Positions 1 through 11,324 of a stretch of DNA of 64,000 bases are shown here, piece by piece. This DNA comes from Chrysemys picta bellii (Eukaryota): contig NC_088802.1 of assembly GCF_011386835.1 (NCBI RefSeq), positions 372,001 through 436,000 of the forward strand, in the 5' to 3' direction. Made by a program: the position numbers and the translations under genes. The notes below the pieces were generated by a model. It had not been told where the DNA came from. It did not search any database and saw nothing but the letters and a program-made list of their open reading frames with translations. The first letter of the stretch is position 1. Every line of letters begins with the position of its first letter.

Positions 1-207
1 CCCTCTCATCCCCCCATGGGGCCTGGCTCTCCCCTTGTGTCCCCCCCATCCCCTCTACCCCCACGTCCCCCCCATAATCCCAATTCTAGTCACGCCCCCA
101 CTTTCCCCCAGCGTCCTGCCCCCTCCCCCTACTTACCCCATGTCCTGCACCCCCTCCCCCCCACTTACCCCCAGGATCCTGCGCCCCCTCCACCCCAGCC
201 CCGTCAC

Positions 208-2983
208 CTGTCAAGCAGCAACCCCAGCACCGTGGGGGGGGCGGGTGAACACCCGGTAGGTGACCAGGAAGGCAGGGACGTAGGTGGCGTCACCCAGCGT
301 CTGGGCCTCCAGCAGGTGCCAAACCAGCCGGACCAGCGACCCGGCCTTCAGTGAGCGGGCCTGGCTCCCCGCCCCCCCCGGGGCCTGTGGGGAGAACATC
401 AGAGTCAGCCTGGATCCCCCCACTTCCCCCCAGTGACCCGGCCTGGCTGCCTCCCCCCCGGGGCTTGTGGGGAGAGTGTCAGGGCCAGCCTGAACCCCGC
501 ATTCCCCCCCAGTGACCCGGCCTGGCTGCCTGCCCCCCTGGGGCCTGTGGGGAGAACGTCAGTCAACCTGGACTCCCCCCCACCATTCCCTCTCAGTGAC
601 AGCCCCCCCCCCCCATACCGCTAGGGCCTGGGGGAAGAGAGGGCACCAGAGCCAACCTGCCCCCCACACTCACCCCTGGCTGGGCGCCCCCCGGACTGGC
701 GCGTGGTCACTGTGTAGATCACTCCCTCCTCGGCCTCCTCCGTCAGGGTCACTGGGGGCTGAGGGAGGGCGGAGGGTTACCTCGGGTATCACCGCCCCCC
801 ACCTCTCCCCCCCTGCCCCCTCCAACTGCAGGAGTCTCGTCCCCCCTCCCCCTACTCCAGCCACCCCTCTGGATATCCCCTGCCCAGCTGTATGTGAGCT
901 GCCCCACACCCCCACAGGAGTTGTCACAGTTTCCTCCCCCCCAATCTCCCCCCACACACACTCACTCACCTTGACAGGCAGACAGTACCACCGTGTCCGG
1001 GACAGCCCCCCTCCTTCCTGACCTCCAGGCCCCAGGCATGCCCCCAGACGCAGGAAAACCTTCATCAGCCCCACCCCCCGACAGAGACCCCCCTCCTGCT
1101 GCCTACTGGGGCGTGGCCCCCGCCAGCCCCCCCAGGAACTGCCCCCTCCCCTCAGGCAGAGGGAGCGCTCTGGGGGGCATCTGGGTACGTGGAGGGGACA
1201 GACAGATGGCCGTCACTGCCCCCACCCCAAGGTGCGTGTATGTTGAAGAGGTTCACTGGGTCCCGCTCAGCCCCACCAGGGGGCACAACTCTCACTGGGG
1301 TGGGGCGTGGGGGGGGAGGGAATCGCCCAGCTGAGCCCCCCCCCCGCAGCCCTATGGGACAGGCCTGGGCCTTGGACCTGGGCAGAGGAGTTTGGGGTGC
1401 GTAGGGGCTGGGGGGCAGGGTGGGAAAGTTAGGGGGCACAGCGGGGGTTCAGGGGCACAGAAAGTAGGGAAGGGGTGGAGGGGGAGGGGTGCAGCGGGAC
1501 CCAGTGAACCTCCCAAACACGCAGGCCAGGGCAGATAGACAGACAGACACCCTTCCCGCCTCCCCGGTCACACACACCCCAACCCCTCCTACAGTCGCCC
1601 GTCTGTCTGTCTGTCCTGTTCTCACTACACTCCTCCCCCGTCTGTCTGTCTGTCCCTGCTCCCCTCCTCCCTGTCTGTCTGTCCCCCCTCCCCTCCCCTC
1701 TCCCGTCTGTCTGTCTGTCTGTCCCCCCCTCCCCTCCCCTCTCCCGTCTGTCTGTCTGTCCCCGCTCCCCTCCTCCCTGTCTGTCTGTCCCCCCTCCCCA
1801 CTCCCGTCTGTCTGTCTGTCCCCCCTCCCCTGTCTGTCTGTCCCCCCTCCCCTCTCCCGTCTGTCTGTCTGTCTGTCCCCGCTCCCCTCCTCCCTGTCTG
1901 TCTGTCCCTGTTTCTCTCTTTCGGTCTCCCTCCCCCTGCTGCTTCCGCCTTCTCTGTCTGCTCCAAGCCCCACCCCCCTCCCGCCCCTGCCCCCCCAGGC
2001 ACTTCCCCAAACCTGCCCCGCCAAACCCAGCAGCTGCCAGGTTACCTTCCTGCCCCCCAGCGCAGGGACTGGGTGTGTCCTCGGGAGGGGGCGCTCGCCT
2101 GAGCCCTATGACCCCAGGGAGCGGCAGGGCAGCTGGGGACCAAGGGGAATTTGGGACAGGAAGTGAAGGGACATCTCAGGGCCCACTGACACCCAAGCCC
2201 CACACTGCCCGCACCACAGCCCCAGCCCCCCAGTCACTCACCCCTCACAAATAGCCCACAACACAGACACCCCCCAAACACCCCACCACTCCACCACCAC
2301 CCATGCACACAACCACACCCTGACTGAGCTGCATAACTACCAGCAAAGCCAACACAACCACACACACCTCAATTACCAACAGACTTGCCCCCCACCATGA
2401 GAATGCTTCACACGCAACTGTGTGACCCCACCACACATACCCGAGAACACACGGCTCCGAAAACGCACAGAGGTGTGACTTCACAACACACACCCGACAA
2501 CACACAGCTCCACAGCCCCCCCCTTGTACCACATGCACCCACAATGATGTGACCCCACAACACCCCCCTTCACACCTGCGTGACCCAACACCACGCAGAA
2601 CCTCCTCCCCCAACCACACACAAGGGCGTGACCCCACATCCCCTCTAACCCCACACCCCCCAACTGCTGCCAGCAACGCCCGAGCTGACCACCCCATGCC
2701 CCCCCCCCAACACAACCCCACGGGTCAGCCACCCCTTCCCCCATGTCCCCCTCAGCGCACTCCTCCCTGCGACCCCTCCCCCGGTACCCCCCAGCTCCCC
2801 CCTCACATACTCCCTCCCCACATCCCCCCAGCCCCATCTCACCTGCCCCTCCCCATCCCGCCTCACCTGTGGCTGCGGGGGGTCGGGGGACCAGCTCCGG
2901 TACCCGCTCAGAGTGACCCCCTGCTCCTCCCCCAGCTCCAGCCGGGCCCCCTCCAGCAGATGACGCAGCGAGCGGGGCAGCAT
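208..2983 (-). CDS. RGL2: Ral GDP dissociation stimulator-like 2, 5' coding exons (gene continues past the left edge)
   Basis: GT-AG exons: 2983-2867 (MLPRSLRHLLEGARLELGEEQGVTLSGYRSWSPDPPQPQ), 758-674 (PPVTLTEEAEEGVIYTVTTRQ...) and 384-208 (REM domain SLKAGSLVRLVWHLL...PAFLVTYRVFT...TVLGLLLDR). These match recalled RGL2 motifs (MLPRPLRLLL, EEEDGAVFTVTSRQ, LRAGTLEALVRHLL) and sit next to TAPBP as in human. Exon 384-208 has two apparent +1 homopolymer frameshifts. Confidence 0.9.
1530..1930. repeat. (GTCT)n / C-rich compound minisatellite in RGL2 intron 1
   Basis: Repeated ctgtctgtctgtcccc/ctcccc units are visible directly; they explain the low-complexity ORFs here. Confidence 0.9.
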
Positions 2984-5049
2984 GGGGGGGGCCGTGGGGG
3001 GAGGGGACTTCTCAGCCCCACGGAGGAGTCATGGGCTACCCCCTACTGTCGGGGGAGGGGGGTGTCAGGCGAAGTCCAGGACTGAGAAAGAGGGGGGCGG
3101 GAACGGATGGACAGTTAGGACTTCTCCAGGAGCAGGAAATATTTGGGGGGCCTTGGTCCCTCTCCCTCCTGCAGCACCCTGCTCCCCACTTCCTCCCACT
3201 TCACCCCCCAACACACCCACTGCACCCCTCCCCCTCCTTACACCCCATATTCCACACTGCACCCCCTGCTGCCTCACTGCACCCCTCCCCCACCCTACAC
3301 CCCCATATTCCACATTGCACCCCTGCTCCACACTGCTCCCCACCCTACACCCCCATATTCCCCACTGCCCCCTCCCTAGCACACCCCCTGCACCTCTTCC
3401 CACACCCCATATCCTCCATTGCTCCCCCCTGCTCCCGCTCCCCCCGTGCACGCCCACCTGGGTGCCAGGCTGGGGGTGGGAAGGTCCCTTCGCCCCTCGG
3501 GCACCGGCTCCCTGCTGTGCCCCGGGGCCAGGCTGAGCGCGCTGGGCGGGGCTGGGCGGAAACCCGGAGCCGGCTTGGGAACGGGGCCGGGGAGACTCAA
3601 AGCCCGGAGTTGGCTAGGAGGGGAAGGACGGAGTGGAGTCAGGGCTGGAGAGAGAGAGAAATCCGGAGCTGGAGTCCGAGCAGACAGCACGGAGCTGGAC
3701 CGAGTCTAGGAACAGAGCCCAGACAGAAAGCCCGGAGCTGGAGCCAAGGAGGGGAAGGAAGTGGGGGCAGGACAGAAAATCTGGAGCTGGATCCAGGGAG
3801 GGGGCAGGAAGTGGGGAAGGACAGAAAGCCCAGAGCTGGAGCCAGTGGAGAGGCACAAAGCCCGGAGCTGTATCAGCCTGGACTGGCTCCAGGGAACGGT
3901 AAAGCCGGCAGGACTGAAGGGGGTGGATCGGAGCCAGAACCGCACAGCCCGGAGCAGAGCCTACTGGGGAGATGGAAATCCTGGAGTGGAACCAGCCTGG
4001 AAAGGAAGTGACATGAAACCCGAAGCAGAGCCAAGGAGCAGAGAGCTGCAAGGCCCAGAGAGGAGCCAGAGGACTGGGGAGAGTTAAAGCCCAGACCGGA
4101 TCCACCTGGGAACAGAGCCAAGGCCAGAGAGACCAAGAACCTGGCTGGACAGACGCGCTATGTGGCTCTGTCCCATGGCTGCATGTTTCCCGATCTCCGT
4201 TTTGTAATTTCCCGCTCCCCCAGGATCCAGCTCCGTGTTACCAGTTCTCCACTCCTCATATTCCTCTCGGGATCCGGCTCCATGCTTCCCAGTGCTCCAG
4301 TCTGTATATTCTTCCCCCTGGGATCCAGCTCCAAGTTTCCCAGTGCTCCAGTCTGTATATATACTCCCCCTCCCCCCCCCCCCGTGTTTGTATATTCTCC
4401 CACTCCCCTTGGGAGCTGGATCCATGTTTTCCAGCTCTCCGGTCTCTACATTCCTCCCCCTCATCCAGTTCTGTGTTTCCCACCTCTCCAGTCCATATAT
4501 TTCCCCCCTCTACTGGGGTCTGGAACTTCTGGTCCCTATATTCTCCCCTCTCTCCACAGGGAGGAAGCTGAACAATGGGGACTGCCTTCCTGCCTCCCTC
4601 CGGCCAGGAAGTCCCCCCTCCAGTGCCTGCCGGCTGGGTATGAACCCAGCCTGGGCAATGCTTAGAGAGTGAGGAGAGCTGGGAAGTAAAGACCAGGACA
4701 TACAGGACACCATAACATAAGGGGGAGGAGTGGGAGCAACCAAGGGTAGCAAGGATGGAGGGAGCCTGTGGAACTCTCTGCTACTGGGCATTAAGCCTTG
4801 GGACTGTGTGCCCCAGCTCTTAGGGAGAGGCGACTCTCTGAACCCAACTGGCCCGGGCTAGGAGGGTCCCAGGGATGGGGGAGATCTCCTGCTGAGGCAG
4901 AAGGAGATGGGGGCACTGGGGGAGGCAGTTTGGGCAGGGCATGTGGGGCTCGGTGGGGAGAGGAGACCTCTGTGGGGGGGGGGCTCCGGGGAGGGGTGTT
5001 GAGAGATTACGACACCCATTCAGGAGTTAGGTGGTCACAGCAAAACATT

Positions 5050-5300
5050 TTTATTTCTGGGGCCAAAGCCCCCGTATAGCAGTGCAGACCAACAGCCCCC
5101 CCACCTTAAACAGGCCACTTGCCCGACCCCCCCGGAGAGGCAGGAGGCAGGGGGAGCACAGATGGGGGTGGGGGGCTCAGGCGGAGGGACCCTGGCAGCA
5201 GGGGAGGCGGGTGCTGTGGGGAGACCAGCCCAAAAGGGGGTGGGGAAGCAGCAGGGGAGGCGGAGGGCAGGGGGACTGGAGAGGAAGTTAACCCTTTATT
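5050..5300 (-). terminator. Two candidate AATAAA polyadenylation signals of TAPBP
   Basis: tttatt on the + strand at 5050-5055 and 5295-5300, downstream of the TAPBP stop at 5403. Confidence 0.6.
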
Positions 5301-5402
5301 GACCATTAAGCCCCCCCAACTCTGGTTCCTGTCCTGAGGTTCACAATCTTATTCTGGGGGTCACAGATCAGCCCCCAAAATCTCAGCTTCCCTGAGCACG
5401 TC

Positions 5403-8400
5403 TCACTCTGATTTCTGTGGGGAGAAGAGAGTCAGGTAAGAATCACCCCAGGTACTCCAGCCCCAGCCTCTCCCAGCAGGGGGCGCTGTGGGGGGGCAGG
5501 GCAGGAGCACTGGTGGGGTGTGGGGGGGTATTTACCTTGCTTTTCTCTTCAGCGCCGGATGGACAGACTGAAAAAGGAACCGAGACAGAGGAGTGAGACC
5601 CCGGCTCCCCTGAACAGGAGTGTGTGTGGGTGGTATATAGCCCTGTCCATGAGGATACAGGGGGAGGTCAGCGGGCCCAAGGGGAGCAGGGGCAGCGGAG
5701 ATCTGGGGGTACATATCCTTCCTGAGGAGATGTGGGGAAGGGGAACAGGTGTGGCCTGGGAGGCAGTGGGCTGGTTGGGAGGTACCTGGGGGTTGAGGGG
5801 TGTTTGGGGTGGCAGTATGAAGGGGTGTTGCAGAGGAGGCTGGATGGTTGGGGGTGCAATGGAGGGTGGTATGGGGGGATAGGGACTGGGGGGCATATGG
5901 GGGCAGTGGGAAGGTTGGGGGCTGTATGGGAGGCACTGGGGTGAATGGTGGCAGGGCAGCACCTACCCTTATCCCGGAGGAGGCACTGGGGATCGGGGTG
6001 TATGGGGGTGACACGAGAGGCAGTGGGGGGAGGGAGTGACACGGGGGGGGGGCACATACCTTTGTTTCCGATGAGGCGGAAGAGCCCATAGAGCAGGAAC
6101 GCAGCTAGGAACATCCCAATGGCGTCCTCCAGGGAGGGGCCCGTGGCACCTGGGGCAGAGGGGGGATGAGACCAAGAGACACTCCCCATTCCCTCCTTCC
6201 TCCTCCTGCCCCACACCCCTGTGTTACCCCTCCCCTTTCTCCCCTCCGCCCCCCCACTCCATACCCCCTCCCCAGATCCTCCCCCATGGCACCCCTCCCC
6301 TTTCTCCCGTCCGCCCCCGCACTCTCCCGAGCCCTCCCATCCCTGCACTCCTCTCCCATTGCCCCCCTGCCCTGTCCCGCCGCTGTCCTCACCTGCTACG
6401 CGGAGCTGGACGCTCCTCCTGGCAGGGGTGGCCAGGGCGGTGTGGGTCACGTGGCAGCTGTAGGTGGCTCCGTGGTCGCGGGGCTGGACGGGCGCCAGGC
6501 GGGCGAAGCTGCTCAGGCTGTAGGTGCCGTCGGGGCCACGCCGGTGCCCTGACTCCCAGGTCTCAGTCACGTACTCCAGCAGGTCGCCCCCTGCCTCCCC
6601 GGGGCCCCGGCGCAGCCAGCTCACCGTCACGTCCAACGGGTAATAGCCAGAGATCTCACAGACCAGCTCGGCTGGTGCCCCGGGGGCCACCGATAGGGGG
6701 TCAGGGCGCAGCGTCACCACGGGGGGCTCTGAGGGGAGAGAGGGTTAGAGACTGGTCCCATACCGGCCTGTACAGACCAACCAGCGTCCCTCCTCCCCTG
6801 GGAGGCACAGACAGAAGATGGGGTGCAGCATCACCTTGGGAGTGGGGGGAAGCGGGTTCAGAGGAAGAGATGAGTTATGACCTAGTCTGGCCTCCCTCAT
6901 CTCCTGGGGGCATGGGGTACAGTGCCACCACCTGGGGCTCTGAGAGGAAGGAGGGATTAGAGACCAGTCCCATACAGCACTGTATAGCCCAGCTAAGCGT
7001 CCCCAAAGTCTGTTGTTTCTAGGGGGCGCTGGCTCAATGTGGGGAACTCTGGGACCCCTCCAATTCAGGGGGTAAATATTGGGGTTCACAGCCCAGACTG
7101 TGGGAGCATCAGTTCAGGGGTCCTCCCCAGAATCAGTCGTGTATCACTAGCCTGGGGTGGGGGGAAGATACCTGTGGGGTGCAAAGATCATCTCATATCC
7201 ATGTCCCCCCAGGCTGGGAGCAGAGGCAGGAGCTCAGGGGGGGGCCCCCAGACTCACCAGTGATACGCAGCTCCAGGGCCTGCTGGGCGTGGAGGTGGGG
7301 CAGGTAGATGGTGCAGATGTAGGTTCCTTCGTGCCGCACCCCGACCCGGGGCAGTCGCAGCGAGACATTGGTGTCTGCGCCTGCCCTCCCCTCCTCCAGG
7401 AACAGCTGCGCCCCCTCCTCGGCCACGTGGGCCCGGCCTGACACCCCGTCATAGGCCAGCACCACGCGCCCAGCACCCCGGTACTGGTACCGCCACTCCA
7501 CCGAGAAGGGGCCGGATGGTGCCGTGAAGCCACAGTCCAGCAGCACGTCCCGGCCCAGGCGGGAGTGCAGGTGCGGGGTGCGGGAGAACACGGACAACAC
7601 CGCTGAGGGGGGGAGAGATGAAGGGGTTACTGCTGTGAGCACCACAGGGACAGTGCTACGGGGGTGGGGGGTTACTGTTGTGAGCACCATGGGAGCAGTG
7701 CCATGGGGGGGCAGGGTTGTGAGCACCACAGGGACAGTGCCACGGGGGTTGGGGGTTACTGCTGTGAGCACCATGGGAGCAGTGCCACGGAGGGAGTGGC
7801 AGGGTTGTGAGCACCACATGGACAGTGCCCCGGGGTGGGGGGTTACTGCTGTGAGCGCCATGGGAGCAGTGCCACGGAGGGAGGGCCAGGGTTGTGAGCA
7901 TGATGCCTCAGAGGTAGTGCTTTGAGCACTACGGGAACAGTGGCACAAGGCAGGGCTGTGAGCACCATGAAGAACAGTGCCTTGGAGGAGGGCAGGGCTG
8001 TGAGCACCACATGGACAGTGCCCCGGGAGGGGTAGTGCTGTGAGCAGCACAGCAGGATGTGGGGGCAAGGGAAGGAGCTCGGGGCCCCGGGGAGAGAGGG
8101 GGTTCCCACAGCAGGGTTTTGGGGGGAGGCCGCTCCCACCCTACATTCTCAGGTGCCCTGGTTACCAGTTGCCATGGTGACTGCCGGTTGCTGGGACGTT
8201 GCCGCCTCCTCGCTCTTGAGGACAGTGCTGACCCCGTAGCCCCTGGTTGAGGCCTGGATGCTGCTGATGAACCAGGGGCCCCCCAGGCCCAGGGGACTGC
8301 GGTGCTCGGGGGTCAGGCCGGCCGCCCAGGGCACGTGGGCCTCCTGTGGCGTGTAGGCGTTGATCTCACAGGATGGTAGCTCCCCCTCCTTGGGGTGCCC

Positions 8401-9723
8401 CCCTGCTGGGAGGGGGACACGGTGCAGGGCCCCTGCAGGGTCTGGAGGGGAGAAAGGAATCGGGGGGAAGAGACATGGACACCCCAATGCCCACCCTTGC
8501 AAGGAGGGGGATACAACGCAGGGCCCCCCGGAATCTGGGGAGAGCGAGACGGGGGGGGGGCAGTTGTGGGGCACGGGAAGGCGAATGAGGGACGTGCCAG
8601 AGAGGGGAGTGGGGGGGCACTTGGGGAGGATGGGGAAAGGAGGGGGCTGTAAGAAGCGGGATGGGGGAGCAGAGGGGAGAAGCAGGGTGTGGTGAACAGG
8701 TGGGGTAACACTGGGGGCAGGTGGGATGTAGGGGTAGTCCTGGGGGGCAGGCAGCAGGGTGGTAGTGGGGGCAGGCACTGGAGAAGCAGGGTGTGGGAGA
8801 CTGGGGGGGAAGGGGGAAGGACCTACCAGCGATGTCAAAAACCATGCCTGGCTCCAGGTCGGGGGGCAGCTCGGGCTCCGTCTCAGGGTGCCCCCGTCTC
8901 ACCCCCCGCAGCAGCAGCAGCGCCCGGCGCTGGGTCACGGAGCTCGGCATCACCCCCACGCCTCCCCCGGCCTCCTCCACGAACCAGCAGTTCAGCCGGG
9001 GGGGCCCCGCCGCAGCCAGACACAGAGCGAACCCTAGGGGCCGGGACCAAGGGGTTAGTGGGGACACACGGACCCCCAAATCTCCCTGGGACACCGGATT
9101 GCCCCAGATTGCCCCCTCCCCCAGGGCAGGACCCTCGAGAGACGCTCCCTCCCCTCGGGTCTGATTTCTCCCCTGCCCAATAACCAGCAGGTGCCTCCAC
9201 ATCCCACCCAGGCCCTGAGCAGCCCCATCACCCCCCTCCTCCCGTACACCCTGTGGGGCACAGCCCCCCGCAGCTCAGGGGCAACGGGGGACAGGCAGCA
9301 AGTGTAAAACATCGGGGGGGGGTAATAGGCGCCTATATAAGAAAAAGCCCCAAATATCGGGACTGTCCCTATGAAACCGGGACATGTGGTCATGGGGGGG
9401 GGGGGGCGGGGAGTTGAAGGCCAGGACTGGGAAAGAACCGTGTCGGGGGTGGGGGGGGGGAGCAGCCATGTCTCTGTGGGGGGGGGAGTTCAGGGTCCCA
9501 GAACGGGGAGGGGGGTTCACGGTCCCTGGGCGGGGAGAGCTGTGTCCGGGGGCGGGTCAGTTTGCCCTTGCGGGGGGGGAGGGGTGCCCTGTGGACAGAC
9601 GGACAGAGAATGGGGGGGTCTGAGGACCGGCGGGGGGAGGGGGGGGTCGCTCCGGGAGCCCCCCCCCCCCCACTCACCGGGCAGGAGCAGGGCCAGGGCC
9701 CCCACGGGGGCGAGCGAAGTCAT
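5403..9723 (-). CDS. TAPBP: Tapasin (TAP-binding protein), 447 aa, 8 coding exons
   Basis: Exons 9723-9678 (signal peptide, GCCGCCATG Kozak), 9033-8827, 8441-8166 (DPAG...SCEIN...VTMAT), 7602-7258 (IgV: LDCGF...EWRYQYRGAGR...EGTYIC), 6728-6393 (IgC: ELVCEISGYYPLDV...YSCHVTH), 6149-6060 (TM: GPSLEDAIGMFL), 5567-5536 and 5414-5403. All introns are GT-AG and phases agree. Total 1344 nt, ending in the KKSE* ER-retrieval motif. Confidence 0.97.
7620..8050. repeat. ~52-bp minisatellite in TAPBP intron 3
   Basis: Recurrent ggggttactgctgtgagcacca(c/t)...gggagcagtgcca units. Confidence 0.9.
9292..9392. mobile_element. Degenerate hAT (Blackjack-like) MITE in TAPBP intron 1
   Basis: Internal sequence matches the intact copies at 29270-29393 and 40233-40357; the termini are eroded. 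Confidence 0.65.
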
Positions 9724-9771
9724 GGCGGCTGGCGAGGCAGGGATGGAAATACCCAACCCGCCCCCCCGCGC

Positions 9772-9787
9772 TTCCACTTTCACTTTC
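9772..9787 (-). promoter_or_regulatory. ISRE / IRF element in the TAPBP proximal promoter
   Basis: The minus strand reads GAAAGTGAAAGTGGAA, a consensus tandem IRF site about 50 bp upstream of the ATG. Tapasin is a known interferon-inducible gene. Confidence 0.75.
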
Positions 9788-9849
9788 GGGGAGCGGGCGG
9801 GACAGACAGACACAGGCCGGCCACGCCCCCCCACCCCGGCTGGAGCCCA

Positions 9850-10560
9850 GCTGCCCCTGCCCCGCCCCCAGCGCCTCCTGCCCCGCCCCCTCCCTCCCTC
9901 CGCTGCCACCGCCCCCTCCACTGCCCCCCATCTCCCTCTGCCCCGCCCCCAGCGCCTCCTGCCCCGCCCCCATCTTCCTCTGCCCCGCCCCCAGCGCCTC
10001 CTGCCCCGCCCCTCCCTCCACTGCCCCCCATCTTCCTCTGCCCCGCCCCCAGCGCCTCCTGCCCCGCCCCATCTTCCTCTGCCCCGCCCCCCAGCGCCTC
10101 CTGCCCCGCCCCATATTCCTCTGCCCCCGCCCCCTCCCTCCCTCCACTGCCCCCATCTTCCTCTGCCACGCCCCCAGCGCCTCCTGCCCCGCCCCATCTT
10201 CCTCTGCCCCGCCCCCCAGCGCCTCCTGCCCCGCCCCATCTTCCTCTGCCCCCGCCCCCTCCCTCCCCTGCCCCCCATCTTCCTCTGCCCCGCCCCCAGC
10301 GCCTCCTGCCCCGCCCCTTCTTCCTCTGCCCCCGCCCCCAGCGCCTCCTGCCCCGCCCCATCTCCCTCCGCCCCACCCTCTCCCTCCTCTCACTGCCCCA
10401 TCTTCTTCTGCCTCACCCCCAGCGCCTCCTGCCCCGCCCCCAGCGCCTCCTGCCCCGCCCCTTCTTCCTCTGCCCCCGCCCCCAGCGCCTCCTGTCCCGC
10501 CCCCTCTTCCTCTGTCCCGCCCCCCAGCTCCCTCTGCCCCACCCCCCAGCTCCCTCTGCT
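9850..10560. repeat. ~38-bp C-rich minisatellite upstream of TAPBP
   Basis: Many copies of cccccagcgcctcctgccccgcccc(atc)ttcctctgccc. Confidence 0.92.
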
Positions 10561-11194
10561 CCCACCCCCAGGGCCTCCTGCCCGCCCCCCAGCTCTCTGT
10601 GCCCCCCAGCTCCCTCTGCCCTGTCCCCTATCTCCTCCTGCCCCTGTCCCCGCTCACATCTCCTCTCCAGCTCCCTCCACTGCCCCCCCTCCCTCCACTG
10701 CCCCCGCAACCTTTGCCCCCTCCCTCCACTGCTCACAGCTCCTCTCCATCTCTCTCTGCCCCCCAGCTCCCCTCCCTCTGCCCTGTCTGGTAACTGCCCC
10801 CATATCCCTCTGCCCCCTGCGCCCCCCAGATCCCCTCCAGCTCCCCCTGCTCCACTCCTCCCCTGCAGTCCCACCCTATCCTGATCTCCCCCCAGGTCCT
10901 TCCCCCCCCCACATCTCCCACCCCAGCCAGAGCCTCCCCCCCGCTCTCCCTGCCCAGCCCCTATGTATGACCCCTGCCCCTTCCCCCATCCCCTCTAGGT
11001 CCTCCATCTGCTGTCTCTCCCTCTCCCCCCATGCCCCATTTCTTCCCTCCTCTCAGTCCAGCTCCTATTCTCTGCTCCCCCAGGTCAGACCCCTTCTGGC
11101 GACCCACTAGGGCAGCTGCCAGGGGACACCCCCCACACACAGGGGAATAAGCAGAATTCATGCCTCATACACAGGGCAGCCTTGGTCACTTGGC

Positions 11195-11200
11195 TTTATT
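11195..11200 (-). terminator. Candidate AATAAA signal of the SOUL-family gene
   Basis: tttatt about 125 nt downstream of the stop codon at 11325. Confidence 0.6.
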
Positions 11201-11324
11201 GGGGGGGAGGGGGGAGATGAGGGGGGGCTGCTCCCTGGGAGCACTATGGTGGGGGGGCAGAATCGAGAGCTGGGTTTCTCTTTCCTGGCAGGGCTGCAAT
11301 GCCAGCGGGTGACACTTGGGGGGC

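Noticed and set aside
5967-5985. Possible TAPBP micro-exon (CAG|TGCC...AAGG|GTAGGT)
   Set aside because: In the required phase it reads VPPPG* and breaks the frame. Exons 6149-6060 and 5567-5536 already join in phase.
9371-11110. 579-aa and overlapping Pro/Gly-rich ORFs
   Set aside because: They are translations of a C-rich minisatellite, open in several frames on both strands, and contain no domain.
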